The notes beneath the pieces were generated by a model that saw nothing but the letters and a program-made list of their open reading frames with translations, was not told the origin of the DNA and searched no databases. A DNA stretch of 63,301 nt, counting the filler. It is 9 parts of 9 records of this genome, joined end to end, with 100 filler letters (N's around TTAATTAATTAA, not from the genome) between each part and the next. Parts side by side here need not be neighbours in the genome. Positions count along the whole stretch, not along the records: positions 49,580 to 59,478 come from SRR15195285_96; positions 59,579 to 63,301 come from SRR15195285_102; 7 more parts are not named here. The stretch is one strand, 5' to 3'. Positions 56,901-63,301 of the stretch are shown piece after piece. The position numbers were made by a program, and so were the translations under genes. Every line of letters begins with the position of its first letter. Within the stretch, counting starts at the first letter, position 1.

Positions 56901-59106
56901 ATCATGTCACCAAAGTCCTTGTCCGATAACTTAATACCTAGGCTACGGAGCCCCATGCGAAACTCGTCGTAGTCCACTGTTCCAGAACCATCCAGGTCGA
57001 ACTTCCGGAAAACAGCATGGATGTCCTTAGCCTTTAGCTTTAGCAATAAGAGATCCCTTTCCACACCTGTATGCTTCACTACGAGCTCAATTAGGTCGTC
57101 CACCACCGCATCAGAGTCAACTGCCACCTCAAACGACTTTCTCGGCTCCGCGACGTCACGAATGGACACCTGTACAAGCTGCAGAGGCTCATGGCAGCGC
57201 TTTAGATAAGTCGACCGGGCAGAGAGCTGACGCGATGAAGGCTGTCGAGCCTGCGAACCGCTGCTGCTACCAGGGCGGCCATCTGCTGCCGCTGCGACCG
57301 GTGGGACGCGGCCACGTGCGTGCCCGGAGACGGTGGCCTCGGGTGTTCGTGCGCGCTGGTCGTGAAACATTTGGAAAAACTCCTGGCGTGCCTGCAACCC
57401 GTAGAAAGAATCCCGGTTCCCCGGGCCCTTGCGATTGCGATCCAACCAAGAGCCCTTTTTATCACGCGAGGACAGTCGTCCTGCGGAGGAGGCGTTTGAA
57501 CCACGTCGATCGGAGCGACTTTCATGCCTCACAGAGCCACGAGACGAGATGTCATCGCGACCGAGCGTTGAGTCAACCGTGCGCGGAGTGAGCGATGGCA
57601 GCGTGGACTCGGCATCCCGCTCTCGTACTGGCAGTCTGCCACCTCCTAACTCGAACAGCTCTGAGCTGAAAACTGTGTCAAAATCCACCGCCGTGACAAG
57701 AGAGTCGCCCCCCTCGAAGCCTTCGCCACTACGAACGAATTCATCGCCGTGCGTGGTTGCTTCGTCAACAGCACCCGAAATACTGGCCGGGTCGCCAGCT
57801 GCATGATCCTCAAATTGCCGTAGCTGCGACTGGGACAGGTACTGTGTAAGTGGACTTGGCCCGGGAGGGTCGGCTGACTGCTTTGAATCCACAGTCAAAC
57901 CGAGCGCCTCTCGCATGACCGCGTCCCTGGTTTCCACCTTTTCACGCGCTACGCAGGACGCCTGCACGAGGGAGCTCGTCATGTTTGAGAGCACCGCCGA
58001 AGCCCTCGCTGCTTTCGACCGCGCTTTTCCCGCTTCGCCAGTTCGCAGCCGGGTGCGTGCAGCGGTCACCAACGGTGAGCATGGCGGCACGTACGTTCGG
58101 CGCACATGTGCCCGAACCCGTGCCTTCTCGTTCATCTCCACCGCGGGTGCCCTGGAGAGCGTCTCTTCCATACCGGCGAGAGCAGCCTGCATGATAACGC
58201 CTGCTGCCGCATCGAATGACATGTCGATGCCAGCACCCTGAAGAATGTCGGCTTCGTAGAGCTGTGTCACCACAGCTGGGTCCCGTATTGCAACACCGTC
58301 GGGGACTCCACGCTTGGCTTTATCCCTCGCGGCTTGCTCCTCCGGCGTCAAAGCGTGCGTGCCTCTTTCTATCTGCGTCGCTACAGTGGCATCCGTGAAC
58401 AGCTCTTTGCCCACTTCAGCTTCGGAGCGCTCTGGCTCCAAGTGCCGTTGCTGCGTGTGTCTGTAAGGCAACGACGGCTGCTCGCCAGCAATATCGTAGC
58501 GCATGTCCTCGCGCTCAACGCGCCCAGCCTCGTCGTTCTCCTGGTCTGAGAAGGCATCCGTGTCGACCGAAGCGAACGAGAGGTCTGCTGTGGACGAAGC
58601 ACCACTGAGCAGCGGCCCAGCACTGCGGAGACTTTGCTTGTCATCCCACTGCAGCGACTGGTGATACACGTCCTCGGGTGTCATTCCACGCCCACTTCCA
58701 CTCCTATGCACTGTGTCAAACAGAGCGTGCCGAGAGCGTCGCACCCGCCGCGTACGCCTGCGTGGCTTCCCGTCATCCTCTAGTGTTGGGGTATCGCCAC
58801 GCTTTTCCAGCTGGCGGAGCAACGACTGAACCTGTGGGATCCCCTTCGTCGTGAGCTCCCGCTGGCGAAACTTCATGTCGCGCTGCTGGTGCGCGAGCAG
58901 AGCCGTCAGCGGGGCGTCCAGCGGCGGTGGCTGCAGCACAACACACGGCCATTAGCTCTACCTTGCGTTTGTGTATGTTCCTCCCCAGCAGCGCCTCAGC
59001 CATGCGAATGCCAGGGGAAAAGACTCGCAAAAATGCTACTGAAGGGTCTCTCGCAGCGCTCCTCGCTCACCTCCAGCTCCGCCTGCTGCTGCTTGTGCTT
59101 CGTCAT
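50909..59106 (-). CDS. Large multi-exon protein: split Ubl-like/EF-hand region, RI-type LRRs, three N/DPxGxYxLxL..ENWxxET repeats with DUF4476-like helices, CUE-like domain and C-terminal EF-hand
   Basis: In-frame exons 59106-59071, 58930-55158, 55054-54925, 54810-54405 and 54315-~52693, plus further short exons to ~50909. LRRs LxxLDLSxNxI/LGxxG; EF loops DLDGSGTVDYDE, DNDHDGEINYDE and DRDRSGFLSKTE. The 3' exon chain and first exon are tentative. Confidence 0.78.
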
Positions 59107-59478
59107 CACCTTCGGCTGCTGCTATGGCTGCTGCTGCAGGTCCGCGATCCCTCCGTGCTGCCGCTGCCAAGCAGCAGCAGCAGCAGCACGCTGACGCTCA
59201 CATGTGTACACGGGGCGGTGAGTGAGACACCCCCAGTCAGCAGTGTGGCTGAGCAACAGGGCGACCACTCTTCGCAGTCAATAGTATGGCCACGCCACCC
59301 ATCTCCGTGACGCCTGCCTGCAACGGCGCGCGGTCGCCGCCTGCATGCGTGCATGGTCAGAACACAGAACACCTCAGCGCCACATCATTTCTAGCTACCG
59401 TAGATCTACCTTGTACATACTGTAGCCCACGTACTAGATCTAGTATATCTATATGATCGGTGCCAATGGCAGTGTGCG

Positions 59479-59578
59479 NNNNNNNNNNNNNNNNNNNNNN
59501 NNNNNNNNNNNNNNNNNNNNNNTTAATTAATTAANNNNNNNNNNNNNNNNNNNNNNNNNNNNNNNNNNNNNNNNNNNN
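59479..59578. other. Artificial contig-joining linker
   Basis: N-run with central TTAATTAATTAA. Confidence 0.98.
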
Positions 59579-60010
59579 CTCTGGCTCTGGCTCTGGCTCT
59601 GGTTGTGGTCGCTGCAACTGACTTGTATCCCTGGGGTTGCTGTCATCCGCAGTCGTGTCCTTCGGTGGTGTAGAATGAGCCGCGAGCTTGCTTTGGACCA
59701 CCTCTGCCTGCTCCGCCAAAGATCCCGTTCGTGCCATAGCCGCCCGCAGCTCTTCTATCTTGTCCAAATGTCTTCTCTGTCCTCTCCGTTTTGTCTCGTG
59801 GATGGGTCGCGCAGCTACATGTACACCACCCACGTCTGGCGATCCACGCCGTGGCGAGATCGCCTGGCGCGTCTCTTTCCCCGAAGCTGGCGTTGCCTCG
59901 GCCGCACTGTTGAGGTGCAGATGCGCGAGTCTCGATCGCGGACGGCGTGCCGCTTCTGCCGGGCGGCTCAAGGTGGCCACCACAGCTGCTGCAGCGGTTG
60001 ACTGTGCCAT
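59579..60010 (-). CDS. 5' part of a hypothetical low-complexity protein, truncated in an EP repeat
   Basis: MAQSTAAAAVV..LDKIEELRAAMARTG..PQPEPEPEPE, open into the linker. Confidence 0.55.
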
Positions 60011-60284
60011 ATCACCCGGCCTAGGGGGCCAAAGAGGTGGCTTGGTCAGCCTGAGCGGGTCGGTCAAGGGCGTTTCTGTCTCTCTCCAGGGCGCCTGTGG
60101 CACGCAGTTGCTCGCGTGCGCAATTGGTCGCCGCCGTTGGCAGGACGACGGTACAGCCGGGTACAGGCGCCGGTACACGGGTACAGCTGTACCGGTACGA
60201 ATTAAGCGCCGGTATGTAATTCAAATCATGGCCTCAGTGCGATGAAAGCAGACTCTCTACGACTCGACGACTGTATGAATAGGA

Positions 60285-60815
60285 TCCTACAGTACAATTT
60301 CTATACCGTATACATGTATTCATAGTCCCTACATGTAGTATACAATTCGAATAGTACGTACATGTACGGTACTACAGTATAGTAGTGCATACTACATGTA
60401 GTACGGTTCTACAATAGTACGGTTCTGCAGCTGCAGAAGACTACAATTATGGTACAAAAGTCAAAACCGATGGTACGGTACTAGATCTAGTAATATCAAT
60501 AGTACCCCTGTACTAGTACTAGTACACTACTACTGGACTACACGTACATGTAATATTCATGGCTACAGTCGTAGCAGTACAGTAGCACCAAAGTTCTACG
60601 TGTACTATGAATAGTACCATATCAATCCATGGAGTACCACCCATGCAGTACCAAGTATTACTATGAACACGGTACTATAGTCCATGTATTAGTCATGGCC
60701 GCTCATACACGTACTAGTATCTGGTTCATACAGCCTGTACGTGTACCAGTACTAGATCAAATGCATTACTACTACTAGCTAGTATTACAATCGTACAGAC
60801 CATTATATAATAGTA
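60285..60815. repeat. AT-rich intergenic island of short palindromes (GTAC, TACATGTA, CTAG)
   Basis: About 26 GTAC by hand count, five TACATGTA, direct repeat TAGTACGGTTCT at 60399 and 60415; no ORF in the track. Confidence 0.8.
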
Positions 60816-61122
60816 TGATATGCACAGTTGCCCTTCATTCATCACACATCAGTGCTCGAGTGCTGTCTGCTGTGGCGGGAATCTGCTTTATTCGACCTGC
60901 CACGACTCAGGATCCTGCGCGATGTTCAAGGGAGTGTCGTCATCCAGTCTTCTTCACACTTCAGTCTTCCAGTCAGGGAACTGCGCCAGTCCCTGTCAGG
61001 CGGAACTGCAGGCGTGCCGGTGGCCTACTTGACACCGCTGTGACCACCGAGGGTGGAGGAGGCGGCAAAAAGCGAGGGGCGCGGTAGCGTCAAGTAGAGA
61101 CACAAAACCAACGCCTAGCGTG

Positions 61123-62370
61123 ATGAGGAAGGCAGGCGGCGGGGCGGCGGCGGCAGATGCAGATCAGGACCCCGAGGTGGTGGTGAGTTCCTGTCTCCTG
61201 CTCCTTAGCGTCTGCACACAGACACCGGCAGCACGAGTGTGCCTTGGGGCCCTCGCTCGACTGGCAGTGCGGTGATGAACCTCGCCTGCACCCAACCCAC
61301 AGCGCCGTTGTACTCGACGCATGAAACCGGCTCGTACCTGCGACTGATTTGTTCTACCGTGCGTCTGCTGCAGAGTTGCTGCCGCATGAATCTTGATGGA
61401 CACGCATGCGAAACTCGACTTCCTCGTCGCTGTCTACGCTAGACACTTTTTCAGTCTGCACCATTCACGTCTTGCCGGGCTATCCACAGTCTGAAACGCG
61501 TGGTGATGGGGCTCGCCTGAGCAGGGACCTGTCGGCAAAATCCTTATGCAAGGTGCGATGGAGAAGTGCTCTGACGGCAAAAGAGCTAAGACGGTTGGAA
61601 ACCTGAAGGGTACTTGGGACGCACGCTACGTGGTGATGACGAGGGTGGGCCTGTGGTGGTACAAAACCAAAGAGGCCTATGACGAAGGAACACCGGCATC
61701 AGGATGCGTGTTGGAGCTGCCAAGCGCAGAGATTAACGTGCGTCCCAGCAAGACAGCCGCCTGTGTATCTGCGTGTGCGTGTGTGACCCCCAATGTGGGT
61801 GCGTCGTATGGCTGCAGTACGACCAGAGTTTCGCGTGGCTGCAGTTTATCACTCCAAATAGGGTCTTATCGATCCGCCCGGAAGATCGCTATGACGACTT
61901 GCGCGAGTGGATAGCGGCGCTCGGCAACAAACAGAACACGAATAGTGGCAAACGAGAAAAGAAGGCTGCCAAGGCAAAGAAGCCTGAGACGTGGGAAGAC
62001 TTGATTTTGCACGAGTTTGGGATGGTGACTTCAGACCTCGGATGTTCGTTTCACGGTATGAATGAGGGCACCGGTACGTTGAACGAGGATGACATGATCG
62101 GCTATGTAGCTAAGGGCGACGCCTTGAAGCTTATCAACTGGCCTGACAAAACTGTCACGATGGATAGATATGGGTGCGATAATTATACTAGTAGCCCCAT
62201 TCTGACCCACCTAGGTCGATGCAACCTTTGAGCACAGACCACGTACGGTATCTGTCTCACGATGGTGGCAACGCAGGTACCCGAATGTCTGCGTTGAGGT
62301 GACGCACGCAGCCGAAGGCGGTTACGCCGGCAAAAAAGGCTACGTGGAGTTAAAAGCGTGTACCTTCTAG
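61123..62370 (+). CDS. PH-domain protein with C-terminal SH3-like domain (4 exons)
   Basis: Exons 61123-61182 (tentative), 61525-61737, 61818-62173 and 62277-62370. PH: MQGAMEK..WDARYVVM..LWWYK..LREWIAAL; tail IGYVAKGDALKLI..GKKGYV. Confidence 0.72.
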
Positions 62371-62502
62371 CCGGACGGTGCAAGACAGCTTTGACTATGT
62401 TCGGAATGTGCGCGCCAGTACATATATTGCAGAATGTGTGGCGCCACATGCGCGCATAATTGTATGGTTCGAATGGTGAATGTGACAGTATTGATTATCA
62501 AT

Positions 62503-63301
62503 CTATTTCGCGCCAAACATGCCTCGGAGTTGATTCTCGGCTCGATTCTTAGGCGTGGTGAATCCTTGGCTGCAACCGGCGGTCAGGTTGCGCTGCGAAT
62601 GTCGTTTGTCCAGCCCCAGCCGTCCATGAAGAGTGCAATCGGCTAGACTCAGAGCCGTAGCCGCTGTTCGGATCAGCACCAATGGTCGTCCGCTTCTGCC
62701 CAGGGTCCAAAATGAAGGAGGGTTTGGCAGCTCTAGCTCCAAAGCCGGCGGAACGCAGCACGGCCGGATTGCTCACGATGCCATTGAGGTGCGAACGGCG
62801 GGGAGGAAAGTGGTCAGCTGGGGCAGGTTGCGCTCTGCCGGGCCGGTCGCTAGCCACAGTCTCCCTGGGTGCAAGCCCTCCTGTTTGACGGTCGTGCAAG
62901 CGACCGAGGATAGCCTTTGCTCTTGCGTGCAAGTCATCTTGCCCAAGTGTAACTCCACCTACCATCCACACGCAACCACAAGCAGATTTTCCTTCAACCG
63001 CGAGCAGAACCCATGAAGACACTGCCCAGTGAGGCGGTGCTATGCCCCGCTGCCACAGCTGACATGCGTGAATACAAGTCCACGAACGTTAGGCCCGCAA
63101 CTTTCGCTCACCTTCAAGACTGCGCTCAGAACTGCGTCGCCCACTAGATTGCCCCTCCCGGTGAGCTTGCTTCAATCTGTTGTAGCGCCCTGATCCAACA
63201 GGTGGTGTGTACGTCAGGATCACTCGAACCTTACCGTTGTTCGCATTGGCAGCCGATTTGGGCTCGGCCCTTGGCTCTGGCTCTGGCTCTGGCTCCGGCT
63301 C
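62503..63301 (-). CDS. 3' part of a hypothetical protein gene cut by the window edge
   Basis: Minus frame starts EPEPEPEPEPRAEPKS at the edge, followed by low-complexity ORFs 62549-63022 and 62503-62742; exon structure unresolved. Confidence 0.4.

Noticed and set aside
16867-59578. Eight identical TTAATTAATTAA motifs as a biological repeat or CRISPR-like array
   Set aside because: Each is centred in a fixed 100-nt N spacer; this is a contig-concatenation linker.
979-62276. Introner-type repeated introns
   Set aside because: By-eye comparison of the reconstructed introns showed no shared internal sequence beyond splice signals; an all-vs-all alignment would be needed to exclude it fully.

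Overview
Gene-dense, GC-rich eukaryotic (protist) DNA made of nine unrelated contig fragments joined by artificial 100-nt linkers (44 N + TTAATTAATTAA + 44 N), so synteny means nothing across linkers. Genes use the standard code and have short GT-AG introns (mostly 65-140 nt; donors GTGCG/GTACG/GTGAG/GTAAG; CTGAC/CTCAC-like branch points), so the ORF track fragments most of them; exon models here were reconstructed by hand. Recognisable genes: NEDD8 E1 subunit UBA3, proteasome alpha-2, a PlsC/AGPAT acyltransferase, a base-exchange phosphatidylserine synthase and a Kelch protein. The notable content is several unusual multidomain proteins: (1) a ~4550-aa protein with a DUF3638/DUF3645 core carrying SecA/SF2-type ATPase motifs, a possible N-terminal Cys-protease module, four SH3 domains, EF-hands, Vps62-like and PH domains; (2) a giant tandem-repeat protein of Zn-finger/helical/SAP/SAP modules; (3) an LRR + Cys-rich + multipass-membrane receptor apparently running into a kinase; (4) a PH-DHAR/CLIC fusion; (5) an LRR protein whose ubiquitin-like domain appears split by an EF-hand pair; (6) a Cbl-type EF/RCC1/MIT-like protein. 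In non-coding DNA there is a ~0.5-kb island packed with GTAC/TACATGTA palindromes and a GTACTAGATCTAG motif shared by three contigs. No rRNA, tRNA, CRISPR or transposon was recognised. All domain calls are by-eye motif recognition, not database hits.
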